Positions 1 through 13,769 of a DNA stretch of 64,000 bases are shown here, piece by piece. Made by a program: the position numbers and the translations under genes. Origin of the DNA: the human T2T-CHM13v2.0 reference genome, Homo sapiens; assembly GCF_009914755.1 (NCBI RefSeq), contig NC_060941.1, one strand, 5' to 3'. The number at the start of each line of letters is the position of its first letter. The first letter of the stretch is position 1. Below the pieces are notes generated by a model. That model did not search any database, was not told the origin of the DNA, and saw only the letters and a list, made by a program, of their open reading frames with translations.

Positions 1-292
<292 letters not shown>

Positions 293-445
293 TGTAGAAT
301 GGGGATGACAAGACAGGGCGGCGGAGATTGTGTTGGCGTGAAGCGAGGGAAACACTCGGCCGCAGGACAAAACTAAAACAGCAAGGGGGCACCGAAAGAC
401 TCAGTAGTCCACGTGAATATCCTGATTATGTTGTAGCTGAGATAA

Positions 446-1477
446 TGTAGGGTCCACCCCTACCGGGTCTGTGGGTTTTCTCTTCGCGTGTGTGCGGAGA
501 CGAGAGATCGAAGAGATAAAGACAGAAGACAAAGAGATAGGAAGAAAGACAGCTGGGCCCGGGGGACCACTGCCACCAAAGCGCGGAGACAGACAGGTAG
601 TGGCCCCGAGTGCCTGGAGGCGCTGCTATTTATTGTAGTCAAGGCAAGGGGGCAGGGTAAGGAGTGCCAGTCATCTCCAATGATCGATAGGTCACGCGAG
701 TCACGTGTCCACTGGACAGGGGGCCTTTCCCTTTGTGGTAGCCGAGGTGGAGAGGGAGGACAGCAAACGTCAGCGTTTCTTCTATGCACTTATCAGAAAG
801 ATCGAAGACTGTGGTACTCCTACTAGTTCTGCTACTGCTGTCTTCTAAGAACTTAAAAGGAGGAGCCAGGTGCACAGGCTGAACATGAAAGTGAACAAGG
901 AGCGTGACCACTGAAGCACAGCATCACAGGGAGACAGACGTTGGAGCCTCCGGATGACTGCGGGCCGGCCTGGCTAATGTCAGACCTCCCACAAGAGGTG
1001 GTGGAGCGGAGCGTTCTCTGTCTCCCCTGGAGAGAGGGAGATTCCCTTTCCGGGTCTGCTAAGTAACGGGTGCCTTCCCAGGCACTGGGGCCACCGCTAG
1101 ACCAAGGCCTGCTAAGTAACCAGGGCCTTCCCAGGCACTGGCATTACCGCTAGGCCAAGGAGCCCTCCAGCGGCCCTTCTCTGGGCGTGAATGAGGGCTC
1201 ACACTCTCGTCTTCTGGTCACCTCTCACTGTGGCCCTTCAGCTCCTAACTCTGTGTGGCCTGGTTTCCCCCAAGGTAATCATAATAGAACAGAGATCATT
1301 ATGGTAATAGAACAAAGAGTGATGCTACAAACTAATGATTAATAATGGTCAGATATAATCCTATCCGTTTCCTATCTCTAGTAAAACTTTTCTTATTCTA
1401 ATTATTTTCTTTGCTGTACTGGAACAGCTTGTGCCTTCAGGCTCTTGCCTGGGCACCTGGGTGGCTTGCGGCCCACA
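446..1477 (-). mobile_element. Solo LTR13 (HERV-K13/HML-4-like), unit 1
   Basis: TG...CA termini; minus strand begins TGTGGGCCGCAAGCCACCCAGGTGCC; perfect 6-bp TSD AGATAA at 440-445 and 1478-1483; homologous to the flanking proviral LTRs. Confidence 0.9.
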
Positions 1478-2786
1478 AGATAAGATATATTGCGTTGAAC
1501 TATAATTTATGTTGATTGCTGAATGATTTAGGGCGGGGGGGTGGGCACCCCCTGAAATTCTGCCCTGGAGGAGTGGCCTCACCCTAACCCTGGCCGTGGC
1601 TAATAATAAGGCCCACCTCTTAGGGCCGTGGAGTGAAATAAGTTTTCCAGGTAATGCGCAGTAGAGCCCTCAGCCCTCCGCTGAAGTTGCGTTAGGAAGG
1701 AGGAAGGGAGAGGTAAATGCTGAGCCCGCAGGCGGCAGTCTGTGCCTCGGAGAGAAACTTTATCCCAACCTTGCTGGGGGCCTTGACGCCCACCTTGCCC
1801 CAAGAGCACCCCGGCAGTCACCCCTGCCCTCTGGGGTCCTGCCACCCCGAGCCCGACCTTCCCCCTTTTCCCCCGCGCCGGGCCAATAGCCTCCTAACTG
1901 CGTCGTGCTCATCACCTTTGCGTCGTTTCTTCGCTCCACAAACGTTTACTGAGCGCCTTCCACACGCCAGGCGCCAGACTCGCGCGGGGAAACAGGGATA
2001 AGCACTGAGGAGGGGTCCCAGCCCTCAGCGATGGGATTTCAGAGCGGGAGATAAAGGGTTGCCCAGAAGGGTGGTGAGTGGAATAGCTGATATAAACAAC
2101 GGGGGCGCGATGAAATACACAGGAGGGCTGCTAGTCACATATGGGGCGGGTGCCGAGGGCCCTTGACTAAGGGAGGCTTCCTGCACGGGTGACACCCAAG
2201 CGGAGTCCTGACGACCTGCGTCAGAAGTAGCCAGGCGAGGAGGAGGGGAAAGGAATCCACGTCCCGAGCAGAGAGGCAGCGTTCCCTACACAGCCCAGGA
2301 CACGGTCCGCGCACAGAAGCCGCAGGAGACGCAGGCACAGGGGCTGGGGAGAATCCTTGCTGGGCCCTCGCCGCCTCCCTCTGCCGGGTGTCTGGTGCCA
2401 GCCTCCTGCCTGGCAGAGGAACTCCAGCCCCTGCTCCCGGAAGCCCCTCCAGGCCTTCGGCTTCCCTGACTGGGCATGGGCCCCTCGTCCCCTCGTCCCC
2501 TCGGGTACGGGGCCGGTCTCCCCGCCCGCGGGCGGCGAAGTAAAGGCCCAGCGCAGCCCGCGCTCCTGCCCTGGGGCCTCGTCTTTCTCCAGGAAAACGT
2601 GGACCGCTCTCCGCCGACAGGTCTCTTCCACAGACCCCTGTCGCCTTCGCCCCCGGTCTCTTCCGGTTCTGTCTTTTCGCTGGCTCGATACGAACAAGGA
2701 AGTCGCCCCCAGCGGAGCCCCGGCTCCCCCAGGCAGAGGCGGCCCCGGGGGCGGAGTCAACGGCGGAGGCCACGCCCTCTGTGAAA

Positions 2787-2977
2787 GGGCGGGGCATGCA
2801 AATTCGAAATGAAAGCCCGGGAACGCCGGAAGAAGCACGGGTGTAAGATTTCCCTTTTCAAAGGCGGAGAATAAGAAATCAGCCCGAGAGTGTAAGGGCG
2901 TCAATAGCGCTGTGGACGAGACAGAGGGAATGGGGCAAGGAGCGAGGCTGGGGCTCTCACCGCGACTTGAATGTGGA
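2787..2977 (+). promoter_or_regulatory. snRNA Pol II promoter: DSE (GC box plus octamer) and PSE, copy 1
   Basis: GGGCGGGGC-ATGCAAAT with octamer at 2796-2803 (about -221); PSE TCACCGCGACTTGAATGTGGA at 2957-2977 (-60 to -40). Confidence 0.93.
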
Positions 2978-3016
2978 TGAGAGTGGGACGGTGACGGCGG
3001 GCGCGAAGGCGAGCGC

Positions 3017-3204
3017 ATCGCTTCTCGGCCTTTTGGCTAAGATCAAGTGTAGTATCTGTTCTTATCAGTTTAATATCTGATACGTCCTCTATCCGAGGAC
3101 AATATATTAAATGGATTTTTGGAGCAGGGAGATGGAATAGGAGCTTGCTCCGTCCACTCCACGCATCGACCTGGTGTTGCAGTACCTCCAGGAACGGTGC
3201 ACCC
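3017..3204 (+). ncRNA. RNU2-1: U2 snRNA gene, copy 1 (n.160A>G)
   Basis: ATCGCTTCTCGGCCTTTTGGCTAAGATCAAGTGTAGTATC...; branch-recognition GTAGTA, Sm site ATTTTTGG, 3' end GGTGCACCC; GGAGCAGGGAG is the RNU2-1-type segment as I recall it. Confidence 0.98.
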
Positions 3205-3222
3205 CCTCCGGGGATACAACGT

Positions 3223-3238
3223 GTTTCCTAAAAGTAGA
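3223..3238 (+). terminator. snRNA 3' box (Integrator processing signal), copy 1
   Basis: GTTTCCTAAAAGTAGA fits GTTT-N-AAARNNAGA, about 19 nt after the U2 end. Confidence 0.9.
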
Positions 3239-3505
3239 GGGAGGTGAGAGACGGTAGCACCTGCGGGGCGGCTTGCACGCCGAGTGCCTGTGACGCGCCG
3301 GCTTGACTTAACTGCTTCCCTGAAGTACCGTGAGGTTCCTGATGTGCGGGCGGTAGACGGTAGGCTTATGCGGCACGCTTTCGTTTCCACCGTGGCTACT
3401 GCGCTTTGGGAAGGCCACGACCTCCTCCTTTGGGGAGGTCCTTAGGATCTCAGCTTGGCAGTCGAGTGGGTGGCGACCTTTTAAAGGAATGGGACCCACC
3501 CGGAG

Positions 3506-3516
3506 TTCTTCTTTCT

Positions 3517-3569
<53 letters not shown>

Positions 3570-3598
3570 GTCTCTCCGTCTCTCTGTGTCTGTCTCTG

Positions 3599-3638
<40 letters not shown>

Positions 3639-3697
3639 CTCTGTCTCTCTCTCTCTCTTTCCCCCCCCCTCCCCGCCTCTCCCTCGCTCTCTCTTTT
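3506..3697. repeat. Compound (CT)n/(GA)n microsatellite, copy 1
   Basis: About 190 bp of interrupted CT repeats ~300 bp downstream of U2. Confidence 0.97.
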
Positions 3698-4190
3698 GGT
3701 TTCCCCCACCCCCTCCCAAGTTCTGGGGTACATGTGCAGGACGTGCAGGTTTGGAACATAGGTACACGTGTGCCACGGTGCTTTGCTGCACCTATCCACC
3801 AGTCGTCTAGGTTTGAAGCCCCGCATGCGTTGGCTATTTGTCCTAATGCTCTCTCTCCCCTTGCCCCCCACGCCCCGTCAGGGCCCGGCGTGTGATGTTC
3901 CCCTCCCTGTGTCCCATGTGTTCTCGCTGTTCAACTCCCACTTAGGAGCGAGAACATGCGGTGTTTGGTTTTCGCTTCCTGTGTCAGTTTGCTGAGAATG
4001 AGGCCTTCCAGCTTCATCCACGTTCCCGCAGAGGTCATGAACTCATCCTTTTTTATGGCTGCGTAGTAATTCCATGCTGTATACGTGCCACACTTTCTTT
4101 ATCCAGCCTATCATTCATGGGCATTCGAGTTGGTTCCAAGTCTTTGCTATTGTAAATAGTGCTGCAGTAAACATACGTGTCCACGTGTCT
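3698..4190 (-). mobile_element. 5'-truncated L1PA-type 3' end; also at ~9845-10337, ~15994-16486, ~22136-22628
   Basis: AAGTTCTGGGGTACATGTGCAGGACGTGCAGGTTTG... and GTTGGTTCCAAGTCTTTGCTATTGTAAATAGTGCTGCA match the reverse of the L1 3' UTR and ORF2 end. Confidence 0.88.
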
Positions 4191-4631
4191 TCCTAGTAGG
4201 AACTTCTTCCTCTTCAGCCCGCTGAGTAGCTGGCACTTTAAGGCAGGTGCCAACGCACCGGCAGCAAGCTTCCTTTTTTGCCCGGGAAAAACTGAGGTGC
4301 AGGTAGTATAAGCCATTGATCACGGAACGCACAGGAGCAGAGCTCGAGTCCAAGCATCGTGGCTCCACCCGTCATGCTGGATGCATCTTTAGGCTCCGCT
4401 CTAGGTATGTGTATCCTTTACGGGATCAGCCACCGGCAGTTGCCTTGCGAGCACGATGACAAACCTCTGCCGGCTCTTTTGGGTCTCATCCCTGTATCTA
4501 TACGTTGCATCCCAACATAAAGACCGGAATGTTCCTTTCGCTGACCCAGTCTCTCACCCTTTCCAAACTCCAGAAATCTTGTCTGTCCTCGGAAGAACTC
4601 CCCCTGCTTCTTTCTCTAAAGGCTGTCTTCA

Positions 4632-4985
4632 GGCCGGGCACAGTGGGAGGATCGCTTGAGCCCAGAAGGCCGCAGTGAGGTGAGATCGCGCCATTGCACT
4701 GCAGCCCCCGGCGGCAGAGCCGGAGCCCCGTCTCGAAACAAACAAACAAAAACCAACCAACCAACCAACAAACAAACACAGACAAAGAAAGAAAGAGCCC
4801 AGGCAACCTAGTGAAAACCTGTTCGGGCTGGGACGTACCTGTACCCCAGCTGTTCCGGAGGCTGAGGCCAGGAGGATGGGTGGACGCTGGGAGGTGGATG
4901 CTGCAGTGAGCAGTGATTGCACCACTGCACTCCAGCCTGGGTGACAGAGCCAGACCCCGTCCCAAATAAATAAACATAAAAATAA
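4632..4985 (+). mobile_element. Two degenerate Alu monomers/fragments separated by an (AAAC/AACC)n tail; in each unit
   Basis: GGCCGGGCACAGTGGGAGGATCGCTTGAGCCC... and CACTGCACTCCAGCCTGGGTGACAGAGC with A-rich tails. Confidence 0.8.
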
Positions 4986-5494
4986 AGGAACCAGTTTGTA
5001 GAAAGCGGGAGAGGGTCCCATTGAACTTCAAGCCTTCGAGCAACAGCTGTGGCTGGACAGGTTGGACCAGCAGGCTGGAGCAGTCGCCATCTTGGCAGGG
5101 ATCATTGACCCTGATCTATTCGTCGGGAGGAGGAAGAGCTGATCTTACGCAGGGAGGGCAGGTGGACTATGTGTGGACTCTGGTGACCTGTTTGGGTGCC
5201 AGGTGTTACTCCCAGGGCCACCCGTAACTGTGAATGTGCAGGAACCCTGACTTGAGAAGGGCCTGGCCACGGGGGGCTTAGGCCCCTGGGGAATGAGAGT
5301 TTGGTTCCCGGTACCCAGGGAAACCACCAGCATCGGCAGAGGTGATAGCTGAGGAGGAGCGGGGATTTGGACGAGAGACACAGGATGAGTACCGGGGGGC
5401 AGCCCCGTGATCAACAACTGCTGCAAGAGGGGCCGTTTGTTCGACTCGCTAGTCTTCTGCGGCTCTATGCGGTACTAAAGAGCAGAAGACAGAA

Positions 5495-6342
<848 letters not shown>

Positions 6343-6590
6343 TCACACTTACAGCACAGCTCCATTAGAACTGACCACATTTCCAGGGCTCCCTGGATAC
6401 CTGTGGCTAGCGGCTGCCATACTACACCGTGCTGGGCTGTAGAATGGGGATGACAAGACAGGGCGGCGGAGATTGTGTTGGCGTGAAGCGAGGGAAACAC
6501 TCGGCCGCAGGACAAAACTAAAACAGCAAGGGGGCACCGAAAGACTCAGTAGTCCACGTGAATATCCTGATTATGTTGTAGCTGAGATAA

Positions 6591-7622
6591 TGTAGGGTCC
6601 ACCCCTACCGGGTCTGTGGGTTTTCTCTTCGCGTGTGTGCGGAGACGAGAGATCGAAGAGATAAAGACAGAAGACAAAGAGATAGGAAGAAAGACAGCTG
6701 GGCCCGGGGGACCACTGCCACCAAAGCGCGGAGACAGACAGGTAGTGGCCCCGAGTGCCTGGAGGCGCTGCTATTTATTGTAGTCAAGGCAAGGGGGCAG
6801 GGTAAGGAGTGCCAGTCATCTCCAATGATCGATAGGTCACGCGAGTCACGTGTCCACTGGACAGGGGGCCTTTCCCTTTGTGGTAGCCGAGGTGGAGAGG
6901 GAGGACAGCAAACGTCAGCGTTTCTTCTATGCACTTATCAGAAAGATCGAAGACTGTGGTACTCCTACTAGTTCTGCTACTGCTGTCTTCTAAGAACTTA
7001 AAAGGAGGAGCCAGGTGCACAGGCTGAACATGAAAGTGAACAAGGAGCGTGACCACTGAAGCACAGCATCACAGGGAGACAGACGTTGGAGCCTCCGGAT
7101 GACTGCGGGCCGGCCTGGCTAATGTCAGACCTCCCACAAGAGGTGGTGGAGCGGAGCGTTCTCTGTCTCCCCTGGAGAGAGGGAGATTCCCTTTCCGGGT
7201 CTGCTAAGTAACGGGTGCCTTCCCAGGCACTGGGGCCACCGCTAGACCAAGGCCTGCTAAGTAACCAGGGCCTTCCCAGGCACTGGCATTACCGCTAGGC
7301 CAAGGAGCCCTCCAGCGGCCCTTCTCTGGGCGTGAATGAGGGCTCACACTCTCGTCTTCTGGTCACCTCTCACTGTGGCCCTTCAGCTCCTAACTCTGTG
7401 TGGCCTGGTTTCCCCCAAGGTAATCATAATAGAACAGAGATCATTATGGTAATAGAACAAAGAGTGATGCTACAAACTAATGATTAATAATGGTCAGATA
7501 TAATCCTATCCGTTTCCTATCTCTAGTAAAACTTTTCTTATTCTAATTATTTTCTTTGCTGTACTGGAACAGCTTGTGCCTTCAGGCTCTTGCCTGGGCA
7601 CCTGGGTGGCTTGCGGCCCACA
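6591..7622 (-). mobile_element. Solo LTR13, unit 2
   Basis: Same sequence and AGATAA TSD. Confidence 0.9.
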
Positions 7623-8931
7623 AGATAAGATATATTGCGTTGAACTATAATTTATGTTGATTGCTGAATGATTTAGGGCGGGGGGGTGGGCACCCCCTGA
7701 AATTCTGCCCTGGAGGAGTGGCCTCACCCTAACCCTGGCCGTGGCTAATAATAAGGCCCACCTCTTAGGGCCGTGGAGTGAAATAAGTTTTCCAGGTAAT
7801 GCGCAGTAGAGCCCTCAGCCCTCCGCTGAAGTTGCGTTAGGAAGGAGGAAGGGAGAGGTAAATGCTGAGCCCGCAGGCGGCAGTCTGTGCCTCGGAGAGA
7901 AACTTTATCCCAACCTTGCTGGGGGCCTTGACGCCCACCTTGCCCCAAGAGCACCCCGGCAGTCACCCCTGCCCTCTGGGGTCCTGCCACCCCGAGCCCG
8001 ACCTTCCCCCTTTTCCCCCGCGCCGGGCCAATAGCCTCCTAACTGCGTCGTGCTCATCACCTTTGCGTCGTTTCTTCGCTCCACAAACGTTTACTGAGCG
8101 CCTTCCACACGCCAGGCGCCAGACTCGCGCGGGGAAACAGGGATAAGCACTGAGGAGGGGTCCCAGCCCTCAGCGATGGGATTTCAGAGCGGGAGATAAA
8201 GGGTTGCCCAGAAGGGTGGTGAGTGGAATAGCTGATATAAACAACGGGGGCGCGATGAAATACACAGGAGGGCTGCTAGTCACATATGGGGCGGGTGCCG
8301 AGGGCCCTTGACTAAGGGAGGCTTCCTGCACGGGTGACACCCAAGCGGAGTCCTGACGACCTGCGTCAGAAGTAGCCAGGCGAGGAGGAGGGGAAAGGAA
8401 TCCACGTCCCGAGCAGAGAGGCAGCGTTCCCTACACAGCCCAGGACACGGTCCGCGCACAGAAGCCGCAGGAGACGCAGGCACAGGGGCTGGGGAGAATC
8501 CTTGCTGGGCCCTCGCCGCCTCCCTCTGCCGGGTGTCTGGTGCCAGCCTCCTGCCTGGCAGAGGAACTCCAGCCCCTGCTCCCGGAAGCCCCTCCAGGCC
8601 TTCGGCTTCCCTGACTGGGCATGGGCCCCTCGTCCCCTCGTCCCCTCGGGTACGGGGCCGGTCTCCCCGCCCGCGGGCGGCGAAGTAAAGGCCCAGCGCA
8701 GCCCGCGCTCCTGCCCTGGGGCCTCGTCTTTCTCCAGGAAAACGTGGACCGCTCTCCGCCGACAGGTCTCTTCCACAGACCCCTGTCGCCTTCGCCCCCG
8801 GTCTCTTCCGGTTCTGTCTTTTCGCTGGCTCGATACGAACAAGGAAGTCGCCCCCAGCGGAGCCCCGGCTCCCCCAGGCAGAGGCGGCCCCGGGGGCGGA
8901 GTCAACGGCGGAGGCCACGCCCTCTGTGAAA

Positions 8932-9122
8932 GGGCGGGGCATGCAAATTCGAAATGAAAGCCCGGGAACGCCGGAAGAAGCACGGGTGTAAGATTTCCCT
9001 TTTCAAAGGCGGAGAATAAGAAATCAGCCCGAGAGTGTAAGGGCGTCAATAGCGCTGTGGACGAGACAGAGGGAATGGGGCAAGGAGCGAGGCTGGGGCT
9101 CTCACCGCGACTTGAATGTGGA
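8932..9122 (+). promoter_or_regulatory. U2 DSE and PSE, copy 2
   Basis: Octamer 8941-8948, PSE 9102-9122. Confidence 0.93.
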
Positions 9123-9161
9123 TGAGAGTGGGACGGTGACGGCGGGCGCGAAGGCGAGCGC

Positions 9162-9349
9162 ATCGCTTCTCGGCCTTTTGGCTAAGATCAAGTGTAGTAT
9201 CTGTTCTTATCAGTTTAATATCTGATACGTCCTCTATCCGAGGACAATATATTAAATGGATTTTTGGAGCAGGGAGATGGAATAGGAGCTTGCTCCGTCC
9301 ACTCCACGCATCGACCTGGTGTTGCAGTACCTCCAGGAACGGTGCACCC
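9162..9349 (+). ncRNA. RNU2-1: U2 snRNA gene, copy 2 (n.160A>G)
   Basis: Same sequence as copy 1. Confidence 0.98.
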
Positions 9350-9367
9350 CCTCCGGGGATACAACGT

Positions 9368-9383
9368 GTTTCCTAAAAGTAGA
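9368..9383 (+). terminator. snRNA 3' box, copy 2
   Basis: GTTTCCTAAAAGTAGA. Confidence 0.9.
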
Positions 9384-9650
9384 GGGAGGTGAGAGACGGT
9401 AGCACCTGCGGGGCGGCTTGCACGCCGAGTGCCTGTGACGCGCCGGCTTGACTTAACTGCTTCCCTGAAGTACCGTGAGGTTCCTGATGTGCGGGCGGTA
9501 GACGGTAGGCTTATGCGGCACGCTTTCGTTTCCACCGTGGCTACTGCGCTTTGGGAAGGCCACGACCTCCTCCTTTGGGGAGGTCCTTAGGATCTCAGCT
9601 TGGCAGTCGAGTGGGTGGCGACCTTTTAAAGGAATGGGACCCACCCGGAG

Positions 9651-9661
9651 TTCTTCTTTCT

Positions 9662-9716
<55 letters not shown>

Positions 9717-9745
9717 GTCTCTCCGTCTCTCTGTGTCTGTCTCTG

Positions 9746-9785
<40 letters not shown>

Positions 9786-9844
9786 CTCTGTCTCTCTCTC
9801 TCTCTTTCCCCCCCCCTCCCCGCCTCTCCCTCGCTCTCTCTTTT
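9651..9844. repeat. (CT)n microsatellite, copy 2 (+2 bp)
   Basis: Offset to copy 1 changes from 6145 to 6147 across the tract. Confidence 0.97.
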
Positions 9845-11810
9845 GGTTTCCCCCACCCCCTCCCAAGTTCTGGGGTACATGTGCAGGACGTGCAGGTTTG
9901 GAACATAGGTACACGTGTGCCACGGTGCTTTGCTGCACCTATCCACCAGTCGTCTAGGTTTGAAGCCCCGCATGCGTTGGCTATTTGTCCTAATGCTCTC
10001 TCTCCCCTTGCCCCCCACGCCCCGTCAGGGCCCGGCGTGTGATGTTCCCCTCCCTGTGTCCCATGTGTTCTCGCTGTTCAACTCCCACTTAGGAGCGAGA
10101 ACATGCGGTGTTTGGTTTTCGCTTCCTGTGTCAGTTTGCTGAGAATGAGGCCTTCCAGCTTCATCCACGTTCCCGCAGAGGTCATGAACTCATCCTTTTT
10201 TATGGCTGCGTAGTAATTCCATGCTGTATACGTGCCACACTTTCTTTATCCAGCCTATCATTCATGGGCATTCGAGTTGGTTCCAAGTCTTTGCTATTGT
10301 AAATAGTGCTGCAGTAAACATACGTGTCCACGTGTCTTCCTAGTAGGAACTTCTTCCTCTTCAGCCCGCTGAGTAGCTGGCACTTTAAGGCAGGTGCCAA
10401 CGCACCGGCAGCAAGCTTCCTTTTTTGCCCGGGAAAAACTGAGGTGCAGGTAGTATAAGCCATTGATCACGGAACGCACAGGAGCAGAGCTCGAGTCCAA
10501 GCATCGTGGCTCCACCCGTCATGCTGGATGCATCTTTAGGCTCCGCTCTAGGTATGTGTATCCTTTACGGGATCAGCCACCGGCAGTTGCCTTGCGAGCA
10601 CGATGACAAACCTCTGCCGGCTCTTTTGGGTCTCATCCCTGTATCTATACGTTGCATCCCAACATAAAGACCGGAATGTTCCTTTCGCTGACCCAGTCTC
10701 TCACCCTTTCCAAACTCCAGAAATCTTGTCTGTCCTCGGAAGAACTCCCCCTGCTTCTTTCTCTAAAGGCTGTCTTCAGGCCGGGCACAGTGGGAGGATC
10801 GCTTGAGCCCAGAAGGCCGCAGTGAGGTGAGATCGCGCCATTGCACTGCAGCCCCCGGCGGCAGAGCCGGAGCCCCGTCTCGAAACAAACAAACAAAAAC
10901 CAACCAACCAACCAACAAACAAACACAGACAAAGAAAGAAAGAGCCCAGGCAACCTAGTGAAAACCTGTTCGGGCTGGGACGTACCTGTACCCCAGCTGT
11001 TCCGGAGGCTGAGGCCAGGAGGATGGGTGGACGCTGGGAGGTGGATGCTGCAGTGAGCAGTGATTGCACCACTGCACTCCAGCCTGGGTGACAGAGCCAG
11101 ACCCCGTCCCAAATAAATAAACATAAAAATAAAGGAACCAGTTTGTAGAAAGCGGGAGAGGGTCCCATTGAACTTCAAGCCTTCGAGCAACAGCTGTGGC
11201 TGGACAGGTTGGACCAGCAGGCTGGAGCAGTCGCCATCTTGGCAGGGATCATTGACCCTGATCTATTCGTCGGGAGGAGGAAGAGCTGATCTTACGCAGG
11301 GAGGGCAGGTGGACTATGTGTGGACTCTGGTGACCTGTTTGGGTGCCAGGTGTTACTCCCAGGGCCACCCGTAACTGTGAATGTGCAGGAACCCTGACTT
11401 GAGAAGGGCCTGGCCACGGGGGGCTTAGGCCCCTGGGGAATGAGAGTTTGGTTCCCGGTACCCAGGGAAACCACCAGCATCGGCAGAGGTGATAGCTGAG
11501 GAGGAGCGGGGATTTGGACGAGAGACACAGGATGAGTACCGGGGGGCAGCCCCGTGATCAACAACTGCTGCAAGAGGGGCCGTTTGTTCGACTCGCTAGT
11601 CTTCTGCGGCTCTATGCGGTACTAAAGAGCAGAAGACAGAAGATACAAAAACCACAAAAAGTAGCCGGGCGTGGTGCTGCCCGTCAATAATCCCAGCTAC
11701 TCGGGAGGCTGAGACAGGAGAATCGCTTGAACCCGGGAGGCGGAAGTTTCAGCGAGCCGAGATCACGCCGTTGCAGTCCAACCTGAGCGTCCGAGCGAGA
11801 CTCTATCTCA

Positions 11811-12489
<679 letters not shown>

Positions 12490-12737
12490 TCACACTTACA
12501 GCACAGCTCCATTAGAACTGACCACATTTCCAGGGCTCCCTGGATACCTGTGGCTAGCGGCTGCCATACTACACCGTGCTGGGCTGTAGAATGGGGATGA
12601 CAAGACAGGGCGGCGGAGATTGTGTTGGCGTGAAGCGAGGGAAACACTCGGCCGCAGGACAAAACTAAAACAGCAAGGGGGCACCGAAAGACTCAGTAGT
12701 CCACGTGAATATCCTGATTATGTTGTAGCTGAGATAA

Positions 12738-13769
12738 TGTAGGGTCCACCCCTACCGGGTCTGTGGGTTTTCTCTTCGCGTGTGTGCGGAGACGAGAGAT
12801 CGAAGAGATAAAGACAGAAGACAAAGAGATAGGAAGAAAGACAGCTGGGCCCGGGGGACCACTGCCACCAAAGCGCGGAGACAGACAGGTAGTGGCCCCG
12901 AGTGCCTGGAGGCGCTGCTATTTATTGTAGTCAAGGCAAGGGGGCAGGGTAAGGAGTGCCAGTCATCTCCAATGATCGATAGGTCACGCGAGTCACGTGT
13001 CCACTGGACAGGGGGCCTTTCCCTTTGTGGTAGCCGAGGTGGAGAGGGAGGACAGCAAACGTCAGCGTTTCTTCTATGCACTTATCAGAAAGATCGAAGA
13101 CTGTGGTACTCCTACTAGTTCTGCTACTGCTGTCTTCTAAGAACTTAAAAGGAGGAGCCAGGTGCACAGGCTGAACATGAAAGTGAACAAGGAGCGTGAC
13201 CACTGAAGCACAGCATCACAGGGAGACAGACGTTGGAGCCTCCGGATGACTGCGGGCCGGCCTGGCTAATGTCAGACCTCCCACAAGAGGTGGTGGAGCG
13301 GAGCGTTCTCTGTCTCCCCTGGAGAGAGGGAGATTCCCTTTCCGGGTCTGCTAAGTAACGGGTGCCTTCCCAGGCACTGGGGCCACCGCTAGACCAAGGC
13401 CTGCTAAGTAACCAGGGCCTTCCCAGGCACTGGCATTACCGCTAGGCCAAGGAGCCCTCCAGCGGCCCTTCTCTGGGCGTGAATGAGGGCTCACACTCTC
13501 GTCTTCTGGTCACCTCTCACTGTGGCCCTTCAGCTCCTAACTCTGTGTGGCCTGGTTTCCCCCAAGGTAATCATAATAGAACAGAGATCATTATGGTAAT
13601 AGAACAAAGAGTGATGCTACAAACTAATGATTAATAATGGTCAGATATAATCCTATCCGTTTCCTATCTCTAGTAAAACTTTTCTTATTCTAATTATTTT
13701 CTTTGCTGTACTGGAACAGCTTGTGCCTTCAGGCTCTTGCCTGGGCACCTGGGTGGCTTGCGGCCCACA
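12738..13769 (-). mobile_element. Solo LTR13, unit 3
   Basis: Same sequence and AGATAA TSD. Confidence 0.9.

Noticed and set aside
1581-1591. Telomere-like CCCTAACCCT
   Set aside because: Fewer than two repeats; expected by chance.
2135-3018. 150-265 aa ORFs upstream of each U2 gene
   Set aside because: They lie in GC-rich promoter DNA where stops are rare, have no recognisable domains, and two of them are broken by a SNP at 20890 in copy 4.
3308-3871. Poly-ER and poly-SL proteins
   Set aside because: Translations of the CT microsatellite; the frame changes between copies.
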